Below, one piece after another: positions 44,558 through 54,184 of a stretch of DNA of 64,000 nucleotides. The first letter of the stretch is position 1, and each line of letters opens with the position of its first letter. This stretch comes from an uncultured Anaerolineales bacterium (GTDB taxonomy: Bacteria > Chloroflexota > Anaerolineae > Anaerolineales > UBA4823), in contig CALFWB010000042.1 in assembly GCA_937928795.1 (NCBI GenBank), positions 15,483 to 79,482 of the forward strand. Direction: 5' to 3'. The position numbers and the translations under genes are program-made. The notes under the pieces were generated by a model. The model saw only the letters and a program-made list of their open reading frames with translations. It was not told the DNA's origin and made no database searches.

Positions 44558-45184
44558 TCAATGAGTGTATTCGTTCGCTAGCACAGTCTGTAACCAAGTT
44601 GCATCCTCTTCAAGATAGGCTCGAGTAAATTGGGCAAGGCGGATGAAAAACGCTTCTTGGGCAGCATTTTCCAAGGCAACGCAAAAGGATGTCACCCACG
44701 GCTGAACTTGCTCCTGAAGAAAGGCTAGGCTCACTTGGAACGGCTTTGGATCCGACTCCAAGGTTAACCCCTGTTCGGCTAAATAAGCCAGGAAGCCCAA
44801 CTCAGTCGCAAGGTGATCGGCAGGAAGCCCAGAGGCCTCTGGAAGAACGCCGTACTCCAGATACGTTTGTTGTGCTCGCCTAGCCGGATAACCCATAAGT
44901 CGCATCCCATCCAAATAGAAAGAGGCATAGGGAGGAGCGGGGGTCCTGCCCGGCCCCTCCAGCAGGCGCGTCATTTCAATCCGCAATTGCTCCTCCCAGT
45001 CCGGGTTAATATCGGCTGGAATGGAACTTTGCAAGTTTTTCCATTCCCGATAAAGCGGGTGCGTCTCAGGCAAGGAAAGTTCTCGGGCGGCGATTAGGGC
45101 TTCTGTGCCAATCGGGTATTGAAACAGTTGCCTTAGAAGCGCATAAATTGTCAGGCGAGTTTCAAGGTAATCCCTCTGACTCAT
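44558..45184 (-). CDS. TorD/DmsD-family molybdoenzyme maturation chaperone
   Basis: 208 aa, helical, with TorD-like features (..IYALLRQLF.YP.., ..PYASFYL.., ..DHLATELGFLAYL..). ATGA overlap with the catalytic subunit. Confidence 0.8.
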   Translation of the reverse strand: MSQRDYLETRLTIYALLRQLFQYPIGTEALIAARELSLPETHPLYREWKNLQSSIPADINPDWEEQLRIEMTRLLEGPGRTPAPPYASFYLDGMRLMGYPARRAQQTYLEYGVLPEASGLPADHLATELGFLAYLAEQGLTLESDPKPFQVSLAFLQEQVQPWVTSFCVALENAAQEAFFIRLAQFTRAYLEEDATWLQTVLANEYTH

Positions 45185-48018
45185 AGTTTCTTCACCTTGA
45201 CCATCACATCGGCATACAAGGGCATTCCCATAATTGGAGAATGATGGGAAGGATCGGTCAGGTCATTGGCATTGGGCGAAATATCCCGAAAGTCGTAGGT
45301 CAATCCCAGGCCAGGGCTAAACCGTCCACCGCCGCCAAGAGGAAGTCTCAACACACCGGGACGGATCGTTTCAACTAGGTTCACTTTGCCGCGCGTCTTG
45401 AAGCCTTGAGGAGTTTCCAGCTCTACGAGGTCTCCCTTGCGCAAGCCCAATTTTCGCCCATCGGCAGTGTTCATTTGAATGACACCGATACACCACAGTC
45501 CTTTGGGAATGTGCACTTTTCGTCCGCTGGGCGTTGGCCCATTTTCACCGATGATGACTTCATCAATCGTGCGATCGTCATTGAAGGGCTCCCATAAATC
45601 TTCGGTGGGGATACGTCCTAACCAATCTACCAATTGGGTGCCAGACATGGCATGGTGCACCCGACCACTGATCAGTTGGAAGGGATACTCCTCTGCTAAT
45701 TTGGCATATTCTGGGTTGGTATATGGATTCCACAGAGTTTCAAACCAGTAGAACGTTTTGGCATACTTTTCCCAGCCCAACTCGCGGATGGCAAAAGGTG
45801 TTTCCCCGGCTGCTTCGATCAGTTTGTTGTATTTAGCATATTGCCCTTGCCGTTTCTTCTCACCGTCCTTTTCAACCTCGTAATCCCAGACAAACTCAAC
45901 TTTTTTGCTAGCGGTCTTGAGCACTCCGCCATTGTTGAAACGATGCCAACTCATCGGCCAGATCGCCACGCCATTGTGTTCGCGCAACCATTGGACGGTG
46001 ACGTATTCACCCTGCACGACCTTCTTCTCATCATCGATGGTCACCTTGCCCGCTTCGAGAGAGTCCGGCGTGCCGATCAGTTTATAATTAACCGGGTATT
46101 GAGGATAGGGCAAAGGCACCCCGCAGTGTGCTCGGCCAGGCGCAACCTTCAAGGCTTCGTTCCAAAAATCCTCTTCGGTCGGATATTTCTCCCAAAAGTC
46201 CTCGGGCTTGATATCCGGGTCGCCTTTCTCATATAATTTCTTCGCCAGAGCGATCATGATATCGTATTGGGTTTTGGACTCGTATAATTTGTCAATGACG
46301 AAGTCGCGCAGGTAAATTAACTGATGGCTCGGGTAGATGTCGGAAAGGCTCATGCGCTCGAGGTAGCTGGCTTCTGGCAAGATGACGTCGGCGTATAAAC
46401 CGGTTTCAAGGAAGGGGGTATCGATATAAACGACTAATCCCACCCGATATTCATCGCCATCCTTAGCCGTGAGGGCTTTGATCCACTCCTGAGTGTTAGA
46501 ACCCGTAATAACCGGATTGCCGGTGCGAATGAAGAAGGCCTTAATCGGGTATTGATGATCGCGGAAGGGGCCGTAGCGGAGGGTCACGCCTTCTAAGAAG
46601 CGCCGTGGATAATCGCCGACCACATCGTCCCAGGCAGCCGGCCAATCACCGTAATAATCCATATGCAACTCTTCGATCTTGCCGCTGACTTCTTGTCCGT
46701 TGATGACGCGGGTCACTTCTCGCTTGACAAAATCCTCTCCTTTTGCCTTACCACCTTTATCGCTTTTCACCAATTCGGTATCAATTGCCCCACCGGGGAC
46801 TTCCATGTTGCCGGTGATCACATTCAAGGCAACGCCGAGGATGGAAGCGATATACCCATTGTAATGATGGCCGATCCCATTCATCCCCCATACCAGGGCG
46901 GCTGGCTTGAGAATGCCGAAGGTATGCGCTAATTCGGCGATCTTTTCAGCCGGGATGTCGGTGCGTTGGGCAGCCCATTCGAGGGTAAAGTACGGCTTGC
47001 CGTTGATCGGATCGGTCTTATTCCACCACGACTTGAATTCGGCGAGGAATTCTTCCCACCCTTGACTATAGTCGAGGAACGACCAGTCGATATAGCGACG
47101 TAGGGGATTGCTGTCGTCGTGATGCTCAAGGATATAGCGCAACATTGCCGCAAACAGATCGGCATCGGTTCCGACTCGGATTGGGATCCATTGATCCGCC
47201 TTGGTAGCTGTGTTAGATAGAGCGGGATCAATAACGATAATTTTGGCGCCGTTCAATTTGGCTTCCACTGTGCCGCGCGACTCGTAGTTAATCCGCGTGG
47301 CGGTAAATGGATTCCAGCCAGCATAGATAATCAACTTTGTGCGATAACTGTAATCGTTTTTCAGGCTGCCATCGGGCTGCCGAACGAGGACGGGGCGCAT
47401 GATATCCGGCTCAACACGTTTGCCGCCAAAGAACAGTTTTGGGCCATGGCGGCGCGGGGTATCACAGATAGCTCCGTGCTCGGTCACATGAGGGGTACCG
47501 AAGGCGCGGAAAAGATACCAGTAGGGATCGCGGTCGGTCACATCACCGGCATCCATAATCACCGACTCGGCCCCGTATTTCTTTTTGTATTCAATTAGCC
47601 TATCGGCAATATAGTCGAGCGCTTCATCCCACGAAACGCGTTTGAATTTGCCTTCCCCGCGCTCTCCAACCCGAATCATGGGGTACTTAATGCGGTTAAC
47701 GTTATACACCATTTGAATGCCGGCTGCGCCCTTTGCGCATATCCCGTTTGTGTTCATCGGCACATAAATATTGCCGTAAATCGCCGAGGCAATACCGTCT
47801 TCCACCTTAACTCTAATGCCACATTCTGCTGGGCACATAACACAAGCTGTGTTGACATAGCGCACGTTTTGCTGGAGAGCCCGTTTGGCTTGCGCTGAGG
47901 AGATCGGACGGAAGCCATGGTCGAATTTCGATAGGACCAAGGCGCTGGCTGCTCCTGCTGCGCCGAGCTTGAGGAAATCTCGCCGCGAGATTGCATTGGG
48001 TTTTGTGGATGCACTCAT
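45181..48018 (-). CDS. Tat-exported molybdopterin (bis-MGD) oxidoreductase catalytic subunit, DMSO reductase family; substrate unknown
   Basis: 945 aa. Twin-arginine signal SRRDFLKLGAAGAAS. FS0 cluster motif CVMCPAECGIRV...NGICAKG. Confidence 0.92.
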   Translation of the reverse strand: MSASTKPNAISRRDFLKLGAAGAASALVLSKFDHGFRPISSAQAKRALQQNVRYVNTACVMCPAECGIRVKVEDGIASAIYGNIYVPMNTNGICAKGAAGIQMVYNVNRIKYPMIRVGERGEGKFKRVSWDEALDYIADRLIEYKKKYGAESVIMDAGDVTDRDPYWYLFRAFGTPHVTEHGAICDTPRRHGPKLFFGGKRVEPDIMRPVLVRQPDGSLKNDYSYRTKLIIYAGWNPFTATRINYESRGTVEAKLNGAKIIVIDPALSNTATKADQWIPIRVGTDADLFAAMLRYILEHHDDSNPLRRYIDWSFLDYSQGWEEFLAEFKSWWNKTDPINGKPYFTLEWAAQRTDIPAEKIAELAHTFGILKPAALVWGMNGIGHHYNGYIASILGVALNVITGNMEVPGGAIDTELVKSDKGGKAKGEDFVKREVTRVINGQEVSGKIEELHMDYYGDWPAAWDDVVGDYPRRFLEGVTLRYGPFRDHQYPIKAFFIRTGNPVITGSNTQEWIKALTAKDGDEYRVGLVVYIDTPFLETGLYADVILPEASYLERMSLSDIYPSHQLIYLRDFVIDKLYESKTQYDIMIALAKKLYEKGDPDIKPEDFWEKYPTEEDFWNEALKVAPGRAHCGVPLPYPQYPVNYKLIGTPDSLEAGKVTIDDEKKVVQGEYVTVQWLREHNGVAIWPMSWHRFNNGGVLKTASKKVEFVWDYEVEKDGEKKRQGQYAKYNKLIEAAGETPFAIRELGWEKYAKTFYWFETLWNPYTNPEYAKLAEEYPFQLISGRVHHAMSGTQLVDWLGRIPTEDLWEPFNDDRTIDEVIIGENGPTPSGRKVHIPKGLWCIGVIQMNTADGRKLGLRKGDLVELETPQGFKTRGKVNLVETIRPGVLRLPLGGGGRFSPGLGLTYDFRDISPNANDLTDPSHHSPIMGMPLYADVMVKVKKL

Positions 48019-48027
48019 CTGACACTC

Positions 48028-48864
48028 CTATACTAAATAGAAGACTTGAGGTTTCGTGCCGAGTTCTTCTTTCAAGAGCATGACATTCGGCTGTGAAATC
48101 AATTCGGAGACCAAGCTTTGGGGGTCGTTCATATCTCCAAAGTAAGTAGCATGACCAAAACAACTGACGGTACAAGCCGGCAGTTCGCCCTGTTCAATGC
48201 GGTGAATGCAAAAATGGCATTTTCTCACATTGCCAATTGGGGAAGTGTTTTCCACTCGCACGCGGTTTTCGAAGTATTCAGGAGAAGGTAATTTTTCATA
48301 AGGCTGCCGCTCTCCGCCACCGTAATCGCTATAGAAAAAGCCAGAGTCAAAAGCGCGTGAGGCATAGGGACAGGCAACGATGCAATAGCGACAGCCAATG
48401 CACTTGTCATAATCAATGATGACAATCCCATCTTCTCTCTTCCAGGTTGCTTTCACCGGGCACACATCCACGCAAGGAGGCCGCTCACACTGCATACACG
48501 GTCGCGGGATGAAGCGGCGGGTCACATTTGGGTAGGTGCCACGCGTCTCCGTGAGGACCGGCCGATAGGTAATGCCGGGCGGCAGCTTGTTTTCGGTGAC
48601 GCAAGCGATGTTGCAACCATTACATCCCGTACACTTCCTCAGATCAATGACCATTGCCCATTTCCGTTGATTCATGGGTTTGGCTAAAGCGCGCCGCAAA
48701 TCGCTCATCATCCGTTGAATCGGGTGAAGTTCCCCATTAATTCCGGGAGGAAGGTCTGGGAGGGGAGCAAGTTCACTTCGGATTAGAGGCTCTTTGGCTT
48801 CTGCTCCCGCAGCCACTTCATTAAGCGGATCTTTTGTTAACAGGCTAAGAAGTTCATGGAGCAT
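48028..48864 (-). CDS. 4Fe-4S ferredoxin-type electron-transfer subunit (DmsB/PsrB-like) with a ~70-aa N-terminal extension
   Basis: 278 aa with the Cys groups [37 protein letters not shown] and CHFC..C..SC. Confidence 0.9.
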   Translation of the reverse strand: MLHELLSLLTKDPLNEVAAGAEAKEPLIRSELAPLPDLPPGINGELHPIQRMMSDLRRALAKPMNQRKWAMVIDLRKCTGCNGCNIACVTENKLPPGITYRPVLTETRGTYPNVTRRFIPRPCMQCERPPCVDVCPVKATWKREDGIVIIDYDKCIGCRYCIVACPYASRAFDSGFFYSDYGGGERQPYEKLPSPEYFENRVRVENTSPIGNVRKCHFCIHRIEQGELPACTVSCFGHATYFGDMNDPQSLVSELISQPNVMLLKEELGTKPQVFYLV

Positions 48865-48966
48865 AATTCTCTCCTTTCGTGAGATCGGGTTTTCGGGTTA
48901 AATAGCGAGCTCCTAGACCGTTTGATAAACTAGGCCCTTCTTGGAGAAGCCTTTTTTTACATTTAC

Positions 48967-48972
48967 ATTCTA
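48967..48972 (-). promoter_or_regulatory. Possible -10 box (TAGAAT on the minus strand) of the molybdoenzyme operon; no good -35
   Basis: The minus strand reads ttttatctagaatgtaaatg. The upstream region carries the CTAGG repeats. Confidence 0.3.
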
Positions 48973-48994
48973 GATAAAAAAGAGGGAAGAGGAT

Positions 48995-49035
48995 ACTAGG
49001 GTTCTTCCTAGTCCAAAAGGGAAGTTTTCCTAGTC
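48995..49035. promoter_or_regulatory. Candidate response-regulator binding sites: palindrome ACTAGG-N6-CCTAGT plus a 22-bp-spaced direct repeat TTCCTAGTC
   Basis: actagggttcttcctagt at 48995-49012. ttcctagtc at 49005-49013 and 49027-49035. A further cctag-N13-ctagg at 48912-48934. All lie between the LuxR-type regulator gene and the FeS subunit gene. Confidence 0.45.
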
Positions 49036-49049
49036 TAAGCTTCGGGAGT

Positions 49050-49697
49050 CTATGGGATCAAGCCACGCTGGGCTGCATAGCGAGTTAGCTCTGTCCGAGA
49101 AGAAACCCCCAATTTCCTGAAAATATTTGCGCGGTGATAGTCAACAGTTTTGGAGCTAATGAATAACGTTTCGGCGATTTGTTGGTAGGTCATTCCTTGA
49201 GCTAGGAGCAGACATACTTCGCGCTCGCGGTCACTGAGGGTGTGCCACGGGTCATCGTTTACTTCCTCAGGATTGCGTAACCCTTCGATAACAACACCGG
49301 CAATAGCGGGATCAATAAAGATACCACCTGAATTGATCGTCCGAATTGCGGTGATCAATTCGTCCCCTTCTGAACGTTTCAACACATAACCCGAAGCGCC
49401 CATTTTCAGCCCAGGCAGCACATATTCTTTATTCTCGTGTTGGGTGAGGAACAAAATGTGGGTTTGGGGAAATTCTGCCTTAATCTGCCGGGTAGCCGTC
49501 ATCCCATCCAAGCCCGGCATCCCAATATCCATGATCACCACATCTGGAGCTGTTTCGCGCACGCGCTGAATGGCTTCCTGACCGCTAGCGGCTTCTCCCA
49601 CAACTTCAAAATCGGCTTGCAATTCCAAGAGAACGCGAATGCCTGCCCGCAAAACAGCATGATCGTCTACAATGACTATCCGAATCTTCTTAGCCAT
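49050..49697 (-). CDS. NarL/LuxR-family response regulator
   Basis: Start at [13 protein letters not shown]. Receiver domain ([14 protein letters not shown]) plus a C-terminal LuxR HTH ([39 protein letters not shown]). Overlaps the kinase stop by 8 nt. Confidence 0.92.
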   Translation of the reverse strand: MAKKIRIVIVDDHAVLRAGIRVLLELQADFEVVGEAASGQEAIQRVRETAPDVVIMDIGMPGLDGMTATRQIKAEFPQTHILFLTQHENKEYVLPGLKMGASGYVLKRSEGDELITAIRTINSGGIFIDPAIAGVVIEGLRNPEEVNDDPWHTLSDREREVCLLLAQGMTYQQIAETLFISSKTVDYHRANIFRKLGVSSRTELTRYAAQRGLIP

Positions 49698-52131
49698 CTT
49701 GCTCTCCCTTTCGTTGGGGCAAGGGGATTTTAGCCACAATACAAGTGCCCTGACCGGGAGCTGACCTCCATTCCAGCGTTCCACCCAATAACTCGGCTCT
49801 TTCACGCATCCCAATCAACCCCAAACCTTGATTGAGACTGACGGGCTCCTTGAATACCTGATCGACATCAAAGCCAATGCCGTCATCACAGATCGACAAC
49901 AGAACCCGATTTTTCTCCCTTTGCTCTCTTAACTCAATGCGCACCTCACGTGCCTGAGCATACTTTGAAATATTGGTCATTGCTTCTTGGGCAATGCGGA
50001 ACAAGGTGGTTTCCACCTGAGAAGGAAAACGCGTACTTAATTCATCGACTTGCCACACAACCTCGATCCCTAATGTTTCCAAACGGGTTTCTGCATACCA
50101 CCGCACAGCCGGGATTAATCCCAAGTCATCCAGCAGAGTAGGACGCAAATCATAAATAATAGTTTGCAATTCGCGAATGGTGTCGGCAACCGCAGCTTTC
50201 AAGCGGGTAACAAGGGCTTTGGCTTGTTCTACATCCGTGGACAAAGAAGTTTCGAGGGCTTTCAAACCAAAGACCAAGGCATTGAGCGATTGACCTGTCT
50301 CATCATGAAGCTCTCGGGCAATGCGGTAACGTTCGTCTTCCTGAGCTTGCAAAGCTTTATGCAGTAATTCGGCGCGCAAGCGCTCCTTTTCTTGTAGTTC
50401 TTCCCACAAACGCACATTTTCGAGGACAATCCCGATTTGGTGGGCGATTGTGGAAAGCAATCCAATTTGATATTCGATATTCGAGTCAGACGGAAAAGCA
50501 ACCCAAAGGAAACCCAATGGTTTTTGCGGACTACCCAATGGAACAGATACAAATAAATTGTCCGCAGGGCGAGTGTTCTCTAAGGATGGAAATGTGATTG
50601 CAGGGTTTTTATAGCCCTCCTGCCAATCCTGCTTAGCGGCCATAATTTTCGGTTTGAGAACCGTTAAGTTGCCAAAGGGGGTGTCTTTCTTCTCGAAAAT
50701 TTCGCACAAATTGTCCAGACCTACAGGTTTTCTAATCCCTTGTTGCGGTTCGTAAGGATAAAACAGGTTTCGGTATATATCTTCGAGAAGGTTTCGTGTA
50801 TCGGCATCAATGCCCTCCGAGGCCACTACCTCAGAGCGAGTGTCTTCTTCGATAACCGTGATCCAACCTTGCGAAAGTTCCAGCGCCTGTAAGGTTTCGT
50901 GGAGAACGTAGGCAAGAAAATCTTTTTGATAAGGTTGATTCAGAGCAAAAGCCAGCGTATTGAGCGCCTTGAGTTCCCGATTTCGCAACCGCAATTCTGC
51001 TTCTTGCATTTTTCTCTGCGTGATATCGCGGGCGAACCAGGCGATGGCGCGTTGTTCCTCGTATTCGACAATCGTGCTGGAAGTTTCTAAAATGTGAGGA
51101 TTGCCCTGACGGTCGAGGACTTTGAGCTCTTTCGTTTCGGTATGAGGAGCCGCATCCTGAAGTGAAAGCCAAAATTTTTGCGTCTCTTGCAATTCATTGG
51201 GATGCAAGACGGCCGAGATGTTGACCCCGATCAGATCGGCAGGGTTATACCCCAAAATGCGCGCGAAGGTCTCATTTACATAAAGGAGTTCTCCTTCTTT
51301 GTCTCCTTTTTCACCGATCAGGGCAATTCCTTCGCCCACCTCGCCAGCGGCAGTCAGTAACGCTCGGTAGCCTCTTTCGGATTTCTTAAGGCGCTCAATC
51401 GCATGTTGAATGTTATCCGCCATTGTGTTAAAGGCTTGTCCCAACTCACCAATTTCATCTCCGAGGGTAACCGTAATGCGCTGGTCATAATTTCCTTTCC
51501 CTAAATGGCGCACTCGCTGCGTCAATTCGACCAGCGGCAACATCGCCAAGCGCGTTATTCCAAAGGTCATGAGAGCAGCTAACAAGCAGCCAAGCACGGT
51601 CAGCAAAATCACAATGCGGGTGATCTCCCATTGCTCGGAGAGAATCCGTTGCTCGCTTACCCCGATGTGCAGAACGGCTGGAACGCCATCGAGAGGATAA
51701 AAAGCAAAGTCCCAGATTAACCCATTTTCGGCTTGGAGCAGGAGAACCCCACCAGAGCGTTGCCAGGAAATTTGATCGATTGTCAGCAAATCAGCGGGGA
51801 AGCCATCGCTGAAGGTATGCACGATGGGGGTTGCGGGTCCGTAAGCAAAGGCGTAGACGATGTCGGGGTTTGAATCTTTCAAATTGTTCAAAGCCAACTG
51901 GATGCTCGCAAGATTACCCTCGACGAGGTGATTGGCAAGGTTTTCCGCCAGGGATTGGGTTAGAAACAACCCATTGCGGATCAATTGGGAGCGTAAGCTG
52001 TTAGCTAAAATTTGGTTAATTGCCAGTGTGGTTACCATCCCAGCTCCAACCACGATCCCAACGACCCCTAAGATGATTCGGGAGGTCAAACGACGTGGCA
52101 GTCGTTTTTCAATCGCTGCAAGCATCTTCAT
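49690..52131 (-). CDS. Sensor histidine kinase: TM, extracytoplasmic domain, TM, HAMP, PAS, GAF-like, HisKA_3 and HATPase
   Basis: 813 aa with the H-box [20 protein letters not shown] (NarX/HisKA_3 type) and a C-terminal G-box [16 protein letters not shown]. Confidence 0.92.
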   Translation of the reverse strand: MKMLAAIEKRLPRRLTSRIILGVVGIVVGAGMVTTLAINQILANSLRSQLIRNGLFLTQSLAENLANHLVEGNLASIQLALNNLKDSNPDIVYAFAYGPATPIVHTFSDGFPADLLTIDQISWQRSGGVLLLQAENGLIWDFAFYPLDGVPAVLHIGVSEQRILSEQWEITRIVILLTVLGCLLAALMTFGITRLAMLPLVELTQRVRHLGKGNYDQRITVTLGDEIGELGQAFNTMADNIQHAIERLKKSERGYRALLTAAGEVGEGIALIGEKGDKEGELLYVNETFARILGYNPADLIGVNISAVLHPNELQETQKFWLSLQDAAPHTETKELKVLDRQGNPHILETSSTIVEYEEQRAIAWFARDITQRKMQEAELRLRNRELKALNTLAFALNQPYQKDFLAYVLHETLQALELSQGWITVIEEDTRSEVVASEGIDADTRNLLEDIYRNLFYPYEPQQGIRKPVGLDNLCEIFEKKDTPFGNLTVLKPKIMAAKQDWQEGYKNPAITFPSLENTRPADNLFVSVPLGSPQKPLGFLWVAFPSDSNIEYQIGLLSTIAHQIGIVLENVRLWEELQEKERLRAELLHKALQAQEDERYRIARELHDETGQSLNALVFGLKALETSLSTDVEQAKALVTRLKAAVADTIRELQTIIYDLRPTLLDDLGLIPAVRWYAETRLETLGIEVVWQVDELSTRFPSQVETTLFRIAQEAMTNISKYAQAREVRIELREQREKNRVLLSICDDGIGFDVDQVFKEPVSLNQGLGLIGMRERAELLGGTLEWRSAPGQGTCIVAKIPLPQRKGEQDG

Positions 52132-53114
52132 GGCATTTCCAACAAACTGATCCGTTTAGCGATTTGATATAACTCTTGATAATCGGCATCCGAGGCTTGT
52201 ACAAAGCCTAATGGCATCTCTGTACGTTGCCAGTCATAAAGCAAGTCCGCATCTTTTCCGAGCGGTTGCAACCTTAGCAGAGCTTGCTGAACCTGCTCTA
52301 CAACCGCCGCAGGCACCTGAGGGGCAACGACAATACCGCTCGAAGGGTATGGTTCAGAGAGCGCCAGAATACGCAAGAGCCCCCGCTGAGCTAACGATAG
52401 AGCCAGCGTATCTTGCAATGCCCCAGCATCTACCTGCCGACTCGACACGGCGTTGGCTGTAGCAGTATGGGAACCGGTATAGACATAGCGGCTGAATTCG
52501 CTAAGTTCAACACCGGCCTTTTTCAGCATTAGACGCGGGATTAAGTGCCCCTGGGTCGAAGTATAAGCGCCAAAAGCAAACGAATGCCCTCTTAGATCGG
52601 ATAACGTGCTTAATTGGCTTTCAGCAGAGACCACAATAGCTGCCCGGTAGTTGTCTTTTCCCTCTAAATTCAACCCTCGCACCATAATGCGCACACCGCA
52701 CAATTCATGGGCTTGAAGATAGGAAACAGTTCCAACAACAGCAAAATCCGCTTTCCCTTCACACAAAGCTTGAGCAATGGATTGGTTTGGGTTTGCGATC
52801 AAAATTCCAAAGGAGTATCCGGTTTGACTTTCGAGCCATCTTGCTAGAGAAGCCAACTGCCGAAGGTCATCTTTGGGCTCCAATCGCCGGTCATAGCCAA
52901 TTTGATACTGAGCACTCGCTGAGATAATGGGAGAGACACTTTCTTCTTGAAGGGTATTGGTCCATAGTTGGACGGTGTATTCCGCTTTCGGTTGGCAAGC
53001 TGCCAAAGCGATAACCATTAGGGGGCTTGCTAAACCCACCAACAACCCATCCAGATGAAACAGGCAAGCCCACAATTGCGCTGAAAAAACCGAAAGTAGC
53101 CTGATCGCTTTCAT
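52128..53114 (-). CDS. PhnD-like (phosphonate/oxyanion-binding) periplasmic binding protein, lipoprotein; probable sensor partner
   Basis: Start at MKAIRLL.., lipobox ALAAC. PhnD-family pattern YRAAIVVSAESQLSTLSDLRGHSFAFGAYTSTQGHLIP...GSHTATANAV..VDAGAL. ATGA overlap with the kinase. Confidence 0.8.
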   Translation of the reverse strand: MKAIRLLSVFSAQLWACLFHLDGLLVGLASPLMVIALAACQPKAEYTVQLWTNTLQEESVSPIISASAQYQIGYDRRLEPKDDLRQLASLARWLESQTGYSFGILIANPNQSIAQALCEGKADFAVVGTVSYLQAHELCGVRIMVRGLNLEGKDNYRAAIVVSAESQLSTLSDLRGHSFAFGAYTSTQGHLIPRLMLKKAGVELSEFSRYVYTGSHTATANAVSSRQVDAGALQDTLALSLAQRGLLRILALSEPYPSSGIVVAPQVPAAVVEQVQQALLRLQPLGKDADLLYDWQRTEMPLGFVQASDADYQELYQIAKRISLLEMP

Positions 53115-53338
53115 TATGGTTTGCTTTATCTCAGATAGACTTCGACAGCAGCAAGTGAGTCTAAAGAAATTTTGTTGCCGAAAAGCATCGCTAGTCCTAA
53201 AGATCACATCTATGATTATACAGTCTTTTACTCAATATCTTGACCCGATCGGTAACTACCCCAATCTAGGCACAGCCCCACTTGGCAGATTGGCAGGCCA
53301 AATCCTCCCAATGCATTCTTTGTTTCTGGAATAGCCTG

Positions 53339-53376
53339 CTAGGACAACTCCGAGGGGTTGTCCGATAACTTTTGTG
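53339..53376 (-). repeat. Degenerate partial family A element
   Basis: ctaggacaactccgaggggttgtccgataacttttgtg resembles the hairpin + acaacttttg end of family A. Confidence 0.55.
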
Positions 53377-53396
53377 TTAATTGTGTGCACTTCTTG

Positions 53397-53424
53397 TTGA
53401 CAAATTTACTTTGACTTGTACAAT
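53397..53424 (+). promoter_or_regulatory. Sigma70-type promoter (TTGACA-16 nt-TACAAT)
   Basis: ttgaca at 53397-53402 and tacaat at 53419-53424, about 50 nt upstream of the 53474 start. Confidence 0.55.
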
Positions 53425-53431
53425 GAATCTT

Positions 53432-53448
53432 AGATGTGACTCACATCT
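53432..53448. promoter_or_regulatory. Perfect palindromic operator candidate agatgtga-c-tcacatct
   Basis: 8-bp perfect inverted repeat with a 1-nt spacer. It starts 8 nt downstream of the -10 box and overlaps the predicted transcription start. Confidence 0.5.
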
Positions 53449-53473
53449 TATTCTTCACCCTAAGGAGGTCGTT

Positions 53474-54175
53474 ATGGATTGGAAGGCAATTGCCAACGAG
53501 TGGTGGGTGTGGTTTAGCGGCGGTGTGACAGCCGTACTGGGCTTATATATGGCTTGGTACTTCTTGCGCACCGCTTTACGTTTCATGCACACCCAGGGGT
53601 TCACCGCAGAACAAACGAGGGCCATGATCCGTGGGGCAGCGATCACGGCAGTGGGGCCAGTCCTTGCCAACGTGTTTGTGATGATTGCCCTTGCCGTGGC
53701 GATCAGCCCGGCTTTTGCCTGGCAGCGCGAGGGGGTTGGAGTCGGTTCGGTGTTTACCGAACTTGCCCAGGCTTCCAACGCTGCCATCGCGGCAGGGGAG
53801 AAATTTGGTGATCCGAGCTTCACCATCAAGGGTTTTGCCGCTGCAGTGCTGATCATGAACATTGCCGGATGGGGGTGGTCGGTGGAAGCGATCTTCACGC
53901 GCTATCTAGGAAAACTGCGCGAGAAAGTCACCGGCGGCGATCAGGCGTTATTGGCGGTGATTGCCGGCGCCAGCATGGTTGCCATCTTCAGCTATTATTC
54001 CATCAGCAATGCCATGAAGAGCACCCCTCACCTGGTGACCGTAGTGCTTGCTGCAGGTTTGTCAATGTTCCTGTTCAAACTTGCCGATTGGATTAAGGTT
54101 CCCCGCCTGAAAGAGTGGGCGTTGGGGATTGCCATGTTTGTTGCCATGTTCATCGGCAAAATTTTGGCTGGATAG
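53474..54175 (+). CDS. Integral membrane protein (DUF5058-like, tentative)
   Basis: 233 aa with about 6 TM helices. AAGGAGG RBS. Start at MDWKAIANEWW. Confidence 0.65.
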   Translation: MDWKAIANEWWVWFSGGVTAVLGLYMAWYFLRTALRFMHTQGFTAEQTRAMIRGAAITAVGPVLANVFVMIALAVAISPAFAWQREGVGVGSVFTELAQASNAAIAAGEKFGDPSFTIKGFAAAVLIMNIAGWGWSVEAIFTRYLGKLREKVTGGDQALLAVIAGASMVAIFSYYSISNAMKSTPHLVTVVLAAGLSMFLFKLADWIKVPRLKEWALGIAMFVAMFIGKILAG

Positions 54176-54184
54176 GAGGAGAAA

